This document shows positions 51,906 to 64,000 of a DNA stretch of 64,000 bases, piece after piece. How positions within the stretch are numbered: position 1 is the first letter of the stretch; every line of letters begins with the position of its first letter. This DNA is from Octopus vulgaris (lineage: Eukaryota). Below the pieces are notes generated by a model that worked only from the letters and a program-made list of their open reading frames with translations, was not told where the DNA came from and did not search any database. The stretch spans positions 69,998,001-70,062,000 of the forward strand of contig OX597831.1 of the NCBI GenBank assembly GCA_951406725.2. The letters run 5' to 3'. Position numbers and translations under genes: made by a program.

Positions 51906-53274
51906 TCTAATTTAATTTTCTTTTTTTTTTTCATCTATGGCAATGTTCTAACAATTCTCTAGTTAGTCTAATCATATATATTAAGGTTTCATCAATTTAG
52001 GAATCTGCAGTATGAGCCAACCCGTAAATTTATTAATTAGCTATATTATAAGCATAAACTGATATCTTTCAATACACAGCTCTCTTCTTTAACATCACAT
52101 TTTTTTCAGCTGATATACATTACACTGATATCATACTTGACTTTCACTTTTGATGTCCACCTGTTCACGTTTCCTAATTTCTTTCTCACATTTGCCACCC
52201 CCATTTCTGTATATTTCCATATGCAGCAAGATATCTGGTAATCTAGAATGTTGTGTTGCCTTGAGCATTATTGTATAAATAAAGTCTGTGTTAGGTTTTG
52301 GTCTTTCCATTTGACATTTAAGTTCTTTGTCTGAAACAAGGGAGTAGAACTAAAGAAAGCATTGACATCAATGGGCAGCTTTTCATTTTCCCTCTGCTGT
52401 CTCATTTCATATGCAATATTCTTGGAATTTGTTTCTGTGTATATGTTAATAGCACTTCTGTGAAACTACACACAAAAACACATGGATTCAACCCTCCTCA
52501 TTCCACTATATCACAGCAACTACTCAGAGGCATGGTACGATTAACAAGTTTGCTTTACAACCATATGGTATTTGGAATTGGTTCACTTCTTATACATATA
52601 TACATACATTCACACACACGGGAAATTTCTAATTAAAAGCATCTCTCAGATCTAATATATATACAGCTACAATGAATTTGTAAATCATTTTAATTTAATA
52701 TAATAATTCCATAAAAAGTTATCTAAAATCAATGAAAGTTTGCCTTGGTATTTTAAGTCCCACTTTTAGTCAATATCACAGCAACTTCCAGCTGGTTAGG
52801 CATAGATTTGTTTAAATTATCAGTGACAGACTGATCCATGTTTATCCTCTTTTAAGTCAATGCTTCCTTTAACTCTGTAATTGATGTTTCTACAATCTTC
52901 ATCACAACCTTCTATAAAATGTTTCTATATGTTTTCTTTTAGATTAAGATCAAGGCTTTGAGCAAAAACATTTCAGTGACTTGATTCTGTGCATTCGTTT
53001 CTAAATTTGTGTTACCTTTGTGGTACAACATGGGATGTAATTTTCTTGAAAGGCAAAAGATTGCTTGACCTTCTTCAAGAAGTTAACATTATTCTAGTTC
53101 ATTCAAATGATATTCAGCAAAAATAAGCTCTGATCACCCTCTTGCCCAAACTGTCCTCCTGCCTGTAAGTCCACGTTTATCTGTTTCCTGCGAACAGCTT
53201 AGCTTCCCTATTATAGTTTTGATTTATTACACTATATCTGCCTTGAGTCGCAAAGTTGGATGAATTTACTTCCT

Positions 53275-53681
53275 CTTTACTCTTTTACTCTTTTACTTGT
53301 TTCAGTCATTTGACTGTGGCCATGCTGGTGCACCACCTTTAATCGAGCAACTCGACCCCGGGAGTTATTCTTTTTGTAAGCCCAGTACTTATTCTATCGG
53401 TCTCTTTTGCTGAACCGCTAAGTAACGGGGACATAAACACACCAGCATCGGTTATGCTAGGGGGACAAACACAGACACACAAACAAACACACATACATAT
53501 ATATATATATACATATATATGACAGGCTTCTTTCAGTTTCCGTCTACCAAATCCACTCACAAGGCATTGGTCGGCCCGGGGCTATAGCAGAAGACACTTG
53601 CCCAAGATGCCATGCAGTGGGACTGAACCCGGAAGCATGTGGTTGGTTAGCAAGCTACTTACCACACAGCCACTCCTGCGC
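53275..53681 (-). mobile_element. SINE family A
   Basis: Complete unit. Confidence 0.92.
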
Positions 53682-53859
53682 AACATTTACAATAATTTAC
53701 AATAATTCTGCAACATTTACAATAATTAACAATAATTAACAATAATTAACAATAAGGGTGATCAAAATGCTTACCCTTGTTGCCGAACTCCTTAGACCAG
53801 GCGAACATATTGGACTTACTAGCTTTTCAGATCATCAGTTTCTTTCTTACAATTTTTAT

Positions 53860-53990
53860 TCTTGTGGAAGAGGGAGACCCAGGAAGACACGGATGGAAGT
53901 GGTAAGGAGCAATCTCAGGATGTTGGGCCTCATAGGGGAAATGGACCGTGATGTCTGGTGATATAAAATTCTTGAGGACATTTACCTACA
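53860..53990 (+). mobile_element. RTE LINE ORF C-terminal relic
   Basis: CGRGRPRKTRMEVVRSNLRMLGL...DRDVW matches the RTE terminal pattern RGRPRKTW...V..DL...DR..W. Confidence 0.7.
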
Positions 53991-54484
53991 TCAGTGAAAT
54001 TGTGTTCTAGAAGCACAGTGTGTTCCACTCACATGTAACAAGAAAATTTTTCATACAACATTTCTCAATAAAACTTTGCTTATTGTTACAAGTTGATGTT
54101 TCTACAACATCTAAATTTATTGATATTGTTTTTCTCAGTGGTTTTCTTTGTTGTGTTGATTAATTTGAACTAAAACAAGTATTTATATGAATATTTTTAC
54201 CTTTGCACTAATTCAAAATTCTATAGAATCTGATTGCAGCTCGGAAGATATATTAGCTATTCAAACACACACAAACACAGTTTAATTCACTCAAACATTT
54301 ATTTTCTGTCAAAAATTTTGTTGCACCAACTGCAACCTAGTCACTGATGTAATTCCAGTGCATCTGAAGTTAACAAATTTTGTGTGATTTTGAATGAGGG
54401 ATATTAGTTTCAACACACAATCTCAAATCAGATCATTGCTAAAATTTATAGACTTTGTTTTATTTATTCTGTAAGACTTTTTGC

Positions 54485-54884
54485 TCTTTTACTCTTTTAC
54501 TCTTTTACTTGTCATTTGACTGCGGCCATGCTGGAGCACCACCTTTAGTCGAGCAAATCGACCCCGGGACTTATTCTTTGTAAGCCCAGTACTTATTCTA
54601 TCGGTCTCTTTTGCCGAACCGCTAAGTGACGGGGACATAAACACACCAGCATCGGTTGTCAAGCAATGCTAGGGGGACAAACACACACACATACACATAT
54701 ATACATATATATACATATATACGACAGGCTTCTTTCAGTTTCCGTCTCCCAAATCCACTCACAAGGCATTGGTCGGCCCGGGGCTTTAGCAGAAGACACT
54801 TGCCCAAGATGCCACGCAGTGGGACTGAACCCGGAACCATGTGGTTGGTTAGCAAGCTAGTTACCACACAGCCACTCCTGCGCC
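54485..54884 (-). mobile_element. SINE family A
   Basis: Complete unit. Confidence 0.92.
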
Positions 54885-56065
54885 TAAGACTGTTTTTATA
54901 AGGAAAAGAAGGATAGGGAAAGTTGAATTGAAGCATTTATGGACTTATGTGACAACTGGCAATCAAAAATGCTGCATATGAATTCAGTGAGCCATGAACT
55001 GGCTTCAAATCAGAGTTTAGAACTGAACTTATAATGACAAAATTTACACAGTATTCTATTGTATTATAGTATATAACTGAAGGTAAGAGCCAGTAATAAA
55101 CTGGGTATCAATTTAATTATTTTTCCTCCCCTGCCTAGTTAAGAGAAATTAAAATCTTTACTAGACCTAAAATTGGCAATATAACACATGGATTTATTCG
55201 CTGGGACATTATCTTATCATAGATGTTTCTGGAAGTTGTTTAAAGCAGTAATAGTTCCATACATAATGCTAATTGTAAATCTGTAGACAGAGAGTAGATT
55301 TGTTAATCACCATATTTATTGGGGCTAATTTTTATTTGATAAATCCAATTGAGCAAGTATATATTAGATCCACTGCTAGCATTTTATGATGCAGCCATAA
55401 TTCAGAGATTAGAATTAACCAAGTTCATAAGTTTCTATATTTAAAGACATTTGTATGATTTACAGTTCAAATTTACAGTTTAGTAATTTGCATAAAATGA
55501 TACAGGGATATTAAGTTGCAAGTGTATATTCCAAATGTCAGTTTAATGTTGCAGACAATCTGGAAGTGGAACAGAGCTTAATGATAGCAAATTGTTATTG
55601 GAATGGATAAATTTAATAACTTTATGTCGCCAGCTGCAACATTGTAAAAGAATTATAATTAAGAAAATATTTATCGTTTTTCCTGTTATATATTTATGTT
55701 TCTGCTATAGTATTCAGACAACTAAGATAAATGTTTAGAAATGTTTACAGAGTCCACTTGTCTGCATTGCAATTGCATTTATAAAGACCAGTTCACTATC
55801 TAAACTTTGTTCTATAGATTTTTGCTATGCACATTGAGATATTAATATGTCTTAATTTTACAGCATTTACAACAATATTGTGAATAATGAAGACTGTCTT
55901 TTGCAATGGTGAACCATGTATTTTTGCAGACTTTTATTGCTAAATGTAGTTTACCAAGTTAGCAGAGATTGTTCCACTTTGTTGGACCGTTTGAATTTAC
56001 ATGCTCTGTTTACTAAAGGAATAACGGGATTAGTGAAACTGACTACTTCAGCAGCAGCAGCAAGT

Positions 56066-56450
56066 GGAGGCACAATGGCCCAATGGTTAGGGAAACGGAC
56101 TCGCGTTCGGAGGATTGCGGTTTCAATTCCCAGACCAGGTGTTGTGTGTGTTTATTGAGCGAAAACACCTAAAGCTCCACGAGGCTCTGGCAGAGGGTGG
56201 TGGCGACCCCTGTTGTTCTCTTTCACTCCAACTTTCTCTCACTCTTTCTTCCTGTTTCTTGTCCCCGACTTCCTCTGCTACTGCTGAGCCTGGATGCACA
56301 TTCATCCATCCGTTGATGCTCTCGGTGTCGGGGGTTGACCTGCTTTCTCTTCTGCGGGTCTTACGAATAGCAAAGGACCACATTTCGGACTTCTTCCAGT
56401 GGACGAAGACTGCTACGCTCAACAGCAACAGCAGCAGCAGTAGCAGCAGC
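56066..56450 (+). mobile_element. SINE family C head with tail type 3, ending in (CAG/CAA)n
   Basis: Same head as 23638; unrelated tail gtccccgacttcc...gactgctacgctcaacagc. Confidence 0.78.
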
Positions 56451-56785
56451 ACCAGCACCATTGGCTCAGTAAGGAGAATAGCTATTGTTATTTAGACTCA
56501 AGATGAAGTGCATATGCACCTGCAAATGTCCTGGCTGGACATCATCAATGCTTTCAAAATCCTCATCATCATCATCATCATCATCTTTGTGTATATGCCT
56601 ACTTTTTTCGTACTAGCATGGATTAAACAAGACTTGAGACAACATTCTACAACTAAAAGTTCTTCCTATCATCAATCCTCTCACTCTGGTTTCCACATGT
56701 TGAACCACTGATGTGGAAGGCATATTGTTTATTCAAAGTATAAACAAATGTTACTACTTCTAAGCAGTGTCACTAAGATGACATA

Positions 56786-57434
56786 TGGCAAACTGGCAGA
56801 ATCATTAGAACACCAAGCAAAATTTTTAGTGGCATTTTGTCTGTTTTTATGTTCTGAATTCAAATTCCACTGAGGTTGACTTTGCCTTTCATCCTTTCAG
56901 AGTTGGGAAAATAAGTATCAGTTGAGCACTGGAGCCAATGTAATCGACTTACCCACTCCTTCGAACTTTACACTATTAATGGATATTTAAAGAAGAATTG
57001 ATAAATCTAATTGAGTCTGCAAGATATTCTTATGAAGTTTTACTACCTGAGAGAACCGACTGATCCACAAAACAAAGTCTTTACATATTTATCTGGTGTT
57101 GTCAGAACATAAATTCACAAAAAGTTACAATACAAAATTATCATAATTTTGTATTGTAACCTTACAGGTTATGTTCCAAACACCAGCTTAATAGTGATCT
57201 CAAATTTTAGGACTAGGCCAGCAATTTTTTTGGTGAGGTTGGATGGGAGAATGAGGATGGTTAACTCGATCCCTCCTCTCCTTCCCCAGTACTCATCTGG
57301 TACTTATTTCATCGATTCTGAAAGGATGAAAGGCAAAGTCAACCTCAGCAGAATTTGAACTCAAATGTAAAGAAGGAGGAAATGCCACGAAACATTTTAC
57401 CTGATGGACTTACAATTCTGCCAACTCACCGTCT
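56786..57434. mobile_element. Two diverged family B SINEs (56786-56960 plus, 57285-57434 minus)
   Basis: gactttgcctttcatcctttc motif in both orientations. Confidence 0.7.
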
Positions 57435-57463
57435 TACACTGGAGTTATTTTGCTAGACATCTC

Positions 57464-57696
57464 CGGCACATAAAAAGCACCATCCGACCGTGGCCGTTTG
57501 CCAGCCTTGTCTGGCACGTAAAAAGCACCCACTACACTCACGGAGTGGTTGGCGTTAGGAAGGGCATCCAGCCATAGAAACATTGCCAGATCTGACTGGG
57601 CCTGGTCCAGCCTTCTGGCTTCCCAGACGCCAGTTGAACCATCCAACCCATGCTAGCATCGAAAGCGGATGCTAAACGATGATGATGATGATGATG
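57464..57696 (+). mobile_element. Family D 3' fragment
   Basis: ggcacataaaaagcacc...ggaagggcatcc...(GAT)n. Confidence 0.82.
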
Positions 57697-57849
57697 TTAT
57701 CAAAACATTGTTTTTCATTAGAAGAACAGAGTATTTCATTTGGAGTATAGCAACAAAAGTGTTAACAGCTGTTCATTAACTATTAGATAGCAGGTGTCAG
57801 ATAAAAAAAATATTAATTACCCTCTGATAAAGAGTAGTTATAAACAATA

Positions 57850-58272
57850 GGTGCAGGAGTGGTTGTGTGGTAAGTAGCTTGCTAACCAACCACATGGTTC
57901 CGGGTTCAGTCCCACTGCGTGGCATCTTGGGCAAGTGTCTTCTGCTATAGCCCCGGGCCAACCAATGCCTTGTGAGTGGATTTGGTAGACGGAAACTGAA
58001 AGAAGCCTGTCGTATATATGTATATATATATAAGTGTGTGTGTATATGTTTGTGTGTCTGTGTTTGTCCCCCTAGCATTGCTTGACAACCGATGCTGGTG
58101 TGTTTATGTCCCCGTCACTTAGCGGTTCAGCAAAAGGGACCGATAGAATAAGTACTGGGCTTACAAAAAGAATAAGTCCCGGGGTTGATTTGCTCAACTA
58201 AAGGCGGTGCTCCAGCATGGCCGCAGTCAAATGACTGAAACAAGTAAAAGAATAAAAGAGAGTAAAAGAGTA
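57850..58272 (+). mobile_element. SINE family A
   Basis: Complete unit. Confidence 0.92.
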
Positions 58273-59414
58273 ATCCATTTAAGCACCATGCATCAGTGGT
58301 ATAATTCTAATGTAGAGCCGAATCCACACTGCATGTCTGAATTTCTCTGTCGTCATTTCCCTGCATTCATTCCTCATAATAGCAATTTCTGATAAATAGC
58401 CAAAAGCCTGAAAAGAGACGCTTCTTAACTGGTTGATGTTACTGCTTCTCATTGCACTTTATAAAGGGTGAACTTTCACTGTTGACCCAAGAAACCATTA
58501 ACTGCTACTTGTTTATTAGCCTTCAGTAATCTGGAACTTGTTACACTGGTGAAATGAAGTGTTTATAAAGCTGTGAGTCCTGTTATTGTTTATGTATATT
58601 TCTTCCTCTCTTTCTTCAGCAAATACAGTACACTGATTAATACAAGTGCTGCAGTTGTACTTTAATATTCAACATCATCAGTATCATCAACATTGGCAAT
58701 GGTGTCATTGTCACTATCATCTTCTCCTCCTCCTTCTTTTGAACCTCTTCCTCCTTCATATTTCCTCTCATCTTCCTTTCTTCTGGGGTAAATCTAATCA
58801 ACTGCAACACTTGGTTGGTACATCAGTCTGTCAGAGGGCCGCGCTCTCCAGGTTATCTCCCCTTCAAAATTTCAAGCCCTTGTGTCTATGTTAGAAGCAA
58901 TTAATGTTATTATCAATAATATTAATATGCTTAGTTTTGTTTTTGCTTGTACCTGTGATGTATGTCACACTTCAAAGGAAGATGTGATTGGCAAAGAAAG
59001 AGAAAAGGGGACAGAGAGGAAGTAAGAGAGAAAGAGAAAGATTGAGAGAGAGTGAGAGAGAAAGAGAGAGATTGAGAGAGAGTGAGAAAGAAAGAGAGAG
59101 AGTGAGAAAGAAAGAAAAAGAGAGAGTGAAAGAGACAGGGAGTGGTAGTGGCGTTTGTTTTGTGTTTTTAATTGTTTATCACATCACAAGAAAAGTAGAT
59201 ACAGAGATCAAAAGAAAAGTTGATCGATATATACACACATAGTTAAATTAAAAGCGGGAGAGAAAAGGGACATAGAGGAAGTGAAAGAGGAAAAAGAACG
59301 TGAGAGAAACAGTAGATACATAGACCCAAAGAAAAGTTGATACATAGAAACATAGACACGGCATATATTGGATGTCACTTTCACTTTTCATTACCATACA
59401 AGGATAAAATTAAC

Positions 59415-60130
59415 TCACTGGTGGCTGAGCACTCTACAGACATGCATATCATTAATGTAATTCTCAGGGAGATTCAGCTTCACACAGAATATGACAAGGC
59501 TGGCCCCTCTGAATTACAGCTCCAACTCATTTTGGCCAGCTGAGTGGACTAGAGTGAGATAAACCTTCAAGCGGTTGAAAAAAAATTAAAAAAAGATCCT
59601 ATATTGGGGCAGGAAAATCTTTTTAGTCATTAGGGTCACTATGGGTGTTAATCTGGTCCTAACAGTGGTATTTGCACAGGCTGTTGTTATCAAACTGAGC
59701 ATGAGTCGAGGGCAAATATATGATGGAGTAGCAATTATTTCATCTTAGCTTTCACTGCTTATACTAATCACTTGACATTTTTACCTTACAATATGGAACA
59801 TTTCCTTTCCTTTCACTCTTTTTAAAAAATGGCACTCTGCCGGTTATGATGATGAGGTTCCTGTTTATCCAATCAATGGAACACTCTGTTCATAAAATTA
59901 ATGTGCAAGTGGCTGAATACTCCACAGACAGCCATACCATAAGGTAGTTCTCAGGGAGATTCACCCCCACACAAAATGTGACCTCTATGAATTGCAACTA
60001 CAATTCATTTTTGCCAGCTGAATGGACTGCAGCAAGGGGAAGTGGAGTAACTTGCTCAAGAACACAGCACACCGCTGGGAATCATCCTCATCGTGGGCTG
60101 AATTCTCCTAACTACTGAGCCATGCACCTT
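59415..60130 (-). mobile_element. Two diverged family E SINE fragments (59415-59560, 59830-60130)
   Basis: gtggctgagcactc...ttctcagggagattc...tttgccagctga motifs. Confidence 0.65.
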
Positions 60131-60634
60131 CAGTCTCTTAACCATAGAGAAAAAGAGTGAAGTGATAGAGATAGAGAAAGAAAAGCCTCAATAATTTACA
60201 ATGATAATTAGACTGAAATATTATTGATCTTTTAACAACGAAGAAGAGGGAAAGATATTTAAGTAATGAATAGAGGGAAAGTCTTTCAGGTGTTTACGTT
60301 TTTATTCTGGGTGTTCTAGAAGGATCGAATATTAGCTGTCTCATCTTTCCCCCTCCCCTGGTACTTATTCATCTTCTTCCATAGTTCTTCTTATCTTTTA
60401 GTTGATGGTGGGGAGACCATGGTTTATTTTTCAAGCACATCCAATGTTTTCTCTACAAACTACTAACAACCCCTCTCCCTTCCTGTTTTTTTCATACAAA
60501 GACTAATGCAGATTTTGAACAGGGTATAGCTGTTAAAAGAGCCCAGAAAATTGGGTAATACCTCCTGCAAAATGGGTGGGGAGAAAAGTTGCCAACAGGT
60601 GGCTACACTAAATTCAACTATATACTTTAAAGGG

Positions 60635-60940
60635 TGCTTTCTACTATAGCCTCTGGTTGACCAAAGCCTTGTGAGTGAATTTGGTAGACGAAAACTGAAA
60701 GAACCCCATCATATAAATATATATTTATGTGTCTGTTTGTGTCTGTTTGTCCCTGCCCCCATTGTTTGACGACCAATGTCGGTGTGTTTGCATCCTTGTA
60801 ACTTATCAGTTTGGCAGAAGAGACTGCTGACGGAATAAGCACCAGGCTTAGAGGGACTAAGTCCAGGGGTCGATTTCTTCAGCTAAAGGGTGGTGCTCCA
60901 GCATTGCCACCATCAAAGGACTGAAACAAGTAAAAGAATA
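60635..60940 (+). mobile_element. SINE family A-related, 5'-truncated and diverged
   Basis: ctactatagcc...ggtgctccagcattgcc...actgaaacaagtaaaaga. Confidence 0.78.
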
Positions 60941-61196
60941 CCAGAAGAACATTCCGTACCACTAAACCAAGAGGGTTCTTTGAATATGTACGATGTACTT
61001 TAAGGTTATATAGTAACTCTGTTTACGTTTGCATGACTGAGATATAGTTATTGGTTTTACACTTCTTCCTATATTCTGTGTCACAATATTCTATATTCTG
61101 TAAGTGTCACAATATTGAAAACTTTTTCATGGCACCAGCACACTATGTTTTCTGTGAATTTTTTACGGGTCCAGCTAGTTATTATTATTATTATAA

Positions 61197-61427
61197 TGTG
61201 GTGAGCTGGTAGAGTCGTTAGCACTCTGGACGAAATGCTTAGCAGCATTTCATCCGTCTTTATATTCTGAGTTCAAGTTCCACCAAGGTCAACTTTGCCT
61301 TTCATCCTTTCGGGGTTGATAAATTTAGTACCAGTGAAATTCTGGGGTCAATGTAATTGACTAGACCCCTCCCTGAAAATTTCAGGCCTTGTGCCTATAG
61401 TAGAAAGGATTATTATTATTATTATTA
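61197..61427 (+). mobile_element. SINE family B, diverged
   Basis: gagctggtagagtcgttagc...gcctttcatcctttcggggttgataaa; (TAT)n tail. Confidence 0.78.
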
Positions 61428-61904
61428 TGATTGGCAAAAACCATTATTGTGTCATAGAAAAGTATTTGTGGGACTTCTTCAGGCTCTTTATTTGCTAAGC
61501 TCAAATCCCATTGAGTCAGCTTTGCCTTTCATATTTTTGGGGCTGATAAGTCAAGTACTGGGGCTGACGTAATCGACTTTATCTTTCCCCTCAAAATGAC
61601 TGCCCTTGTACTAAAATTAGAAAGACTTATTACCATCTAGAGGAGGTAGTGGTGCTGAATGTGTTTTACCAAGCTTGCAGACTTACCAGTTTTTTATTCT
61701 TTTACTTGCTTCAGTTATTGGACAGCAGCCATGCTTGGACACTGTTTTCTACACAGCTTCTTTCTACAACATTCATTCACAAGATATCAGTTTGCCTAGT
61801 CTATAGCAGAAGATAATTGTCCACAGTTCCACACAGTGAGACTGAACCCAAAGTATACTTCCAAAACTCATCCATGCTTGCACCATATTGAAAATGTTTT
61901 GACC

Positions 61905-62380
61905 ATTGTTGTATTTCGGAATGGTCGTTTTGCCAGTTTAGCCAATAAAAACACACGCACTATATATTTGGTGTTCTTTTGCTTCAGTGTTATTTATTTT
62001 TTACATTAATCTTAATTTTATTTGGGCCAGAGTTCTTTCGTCACACTCCTGTGACCGCATCAGGGGTCCTTTGCTTGCTTTCTTCTTTCTTATTTGTGTG
62101 TCTCTCCTTACTAACCGTCAACCATTTTGTATTTCTATTGAAATAAGAAAGAAGAAAGCAAAGGACCACTGATGCGGTCACAGGAGTGTGACGAAAGAAC
62201 TCCTGGCCGAAATAAGATTAAGTTTAATGTAAAAAATAAATAACACTGAAGCAAAATAACACCAAATATATAGTGCGTGTGTTTTTATTGGTTAAACTGG
62301 CAAAATGACCATTCCTAAATACAACAATATCTGTTTCAACACACGATTTCACATAAAAAATCTTGCACAACAAATATATA
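61905..62380. mobile_element. Fold-back element 5 (Penelope-like remnant)
   Basis: Arms 61905-62095 and 62141-62328 are near-perfect reverse complements. Confidence 0.75.
62163..62208 (+). ncRNA. Minimal hammerhead-like motif, CUGAUGC core variant
   Basis: GGACCA-CTGATGC-G-GTCACA(ggag)TGTGAC-GAAA-GAAC-TC-cTGGCC; mirrored copy on minus strand at 62024-62069. Confidence 0.55.
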
Positions 62381-62870
62381 AACGTTTTCACCATTATTTT
62401 GCTTAAAAAGAAAAATAGTTTGGAATAGATTAATATCTATTCTGTTTACTTCAGGATGGAAGAATATAGTTTGTCATCAGACATATTTAAATTTCATACT
62501 TTGTAAATATTAATTTACTTGTGATTTAGTATTCTTCTAATAGAGTAGCAGAGACAGGTGTTAGTCACAGGTAAACTGGTGTCAATCACACTCTGAACAA
62601 AAAGTTGGGAAAACTATAAATTTTTTTTTTTTTTTAAGCGCAGAGAAAAGTATTTTTAAAAGAACAGAAAAAATTAGAGTAAATGAATATCATTTTGATA
62701 GGATATTCAGACTTTTCTAAAATAGATAATGTTATTGTTGATAATTTCAAATGAAAGAGAAGCAATTTTGCTAGCATTGTGAGTGAAAGGAGATAGTGTT
62801 TTGTTACACTTTGTCTGTGTTTGCTGGGTTCAAACTGAAAAGCGAAAAATACACAGAAATACAGAAACTT

Positions 62871-63290
62871 GTGCAGGAGTGGCTGTGTGGTAAGTAGCTT
62901 GCTAACCAACCACATGGTTCCGGGTTCAGTCCCACTGCGTGGCATCTTGGGCAAGTGTCTTCTGCTATAGCCCCGGGCCCACCAATGCCTTGTGAGTGGA
63001 TTTGGTAGACGGAAACTGAAAGAAGCCTGTCATATATATGTATATATATATATGTATGTGTGTGTGTGTGTTTGTGTATCTGTGTTTGTCCCCCTAGCAT
63101 TGCTTGACAACCGATGCTGGTGTGTTTACGTCCCTGTCACTTAGCGGTTCGGCAAAAGAGACCAATAGAATAAGTACTGGGCTTACAAAGAATAAGTCCT
63201 GGGGTCGATTTGCTTGACTAAAGGCGGTGCTCCAGCATGGCCGCAGTCAAATGACTGAAACAAGTAAAAGAGTAAAGAGAGAAAGAGTAA
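62871..63290 (+). mobile_element. SINE family A
   Basis: Complete unit. Confidence 0.92.
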
Positions 63291-63532
63291 ATCCAAAATT
63301 TGAACTTGAAGATTCTGTGTTCTTTTTAGATAAAATAACATCATTAATTTTCACATATATATAACTAGTAACAAGGGAAAAGAAAAAAATTTGAATCCGA
63401 GCAAGACAGACATACTGCCAAAATATTGTTCAGTTCAATAAGCAGAGTCAATCTTTATTCCTCACAAATCAGATTGTACTCCTCTTATTGTGTACTTACT
63501 TTCAGGGAAGAGTTATGCCAATCTTTATAAAC

Positions 63533-63958
63533 TTATTATTATTCACTTAACTGATTTATCAATGTCTATGTCACATTTCAGCTCCATCTTGCAGCTCAGA
63601 AATGAAACACTTTCCTCAACAAAAGCTATTCTAAGTATCACAACTATCTGATTACTTCCTAAGAAGTTTGGGATTTGCAGCTTTTGATGCCAGAGTATTG
63701 CTCTCTTTGAGATCGATTAAGTATACCAATCACAATAGGTACCACACGCACTTTTGAGGGTCTATGAATTTTTTAAATTTCCAATCATAAGTCTTGGTAC
63801 TTCCCAACTTTTTCACCTGCTGTCCTAGCAATATTTTGGTCTGCAGGTATAGCTATGTTGATGCAGGTCCATTCTTTGGACTCCTTCAGTCAAAGAGTGA
63901 TATCTGGACGATTATGTTGCAACTTTTTGCCTGGACATATTGATATATCCCATGTGAG
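63533..63958 (-). mobile_element. Decayed 3' end of an RLE-type non-LTR retrotransposon (R4/Dong-like)
   Basis: Minus strand reads WDISICPGKKLQHNRPDITL*...NIAIPADQNI...EKVGKYQDL*LEI...VRVVPIVIG, the restriction-like endonuclease pattern RPDI..D/E..K..KY; short (TAA)n tail at ~63533. Confidence 0.75.
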
Positions 63959-64000
63959 ACCCACCCATCATCATCATCATCATCATCATCATCATTATAA

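Noticed and set aside
2994-55082. Other AG...GT exon-like segments (2994-3050, 5676-5703, 6764-6785, 28849-28880, 40063-40148, 42288-42345, 53118-53164, 55070-55082)
   Set aside because: Weak splice sites or no recognisable peptide; expected by chance; cannot be assembled into a gene model

Overview
AT-rich, repeat-dense metazoan DNA. The SINE families and microsatellite load suggest an octopus genome, which is an inference from recognised repeat types. The window is probably intronic or intergenic. No intact protein-coding gene, rRNA, true tRNA or CRISPR array can be supported, and nearly all ORFs in the track are SINE or microsatellite read-through. It contains: (1) about 40 SINE or SINE-like copies from several families; (2) a decayed Ty3/gypsy element (gag-PR-RT-RNase H); (3) 3' fragments of CR1-group, RTE and R4/Dong-like LINEs; (4) Tc1 and mariner relics, hAT and piggyBac non-autonomous elements and a non-autonomous Helitron. 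The main observation is five unrelated fold-back elements of about 250-500 bp. Each carries a minimal type I hammerhead-ribozyme-like motif near its centre (Penelope-like pLTR architecture) with a different catalytic-core variant, including a compensatory U3-A8 pair. Weaker candidates are a 9-nt microexon at 37316-37324 and a possible terminal coding exon at 31568-31716.
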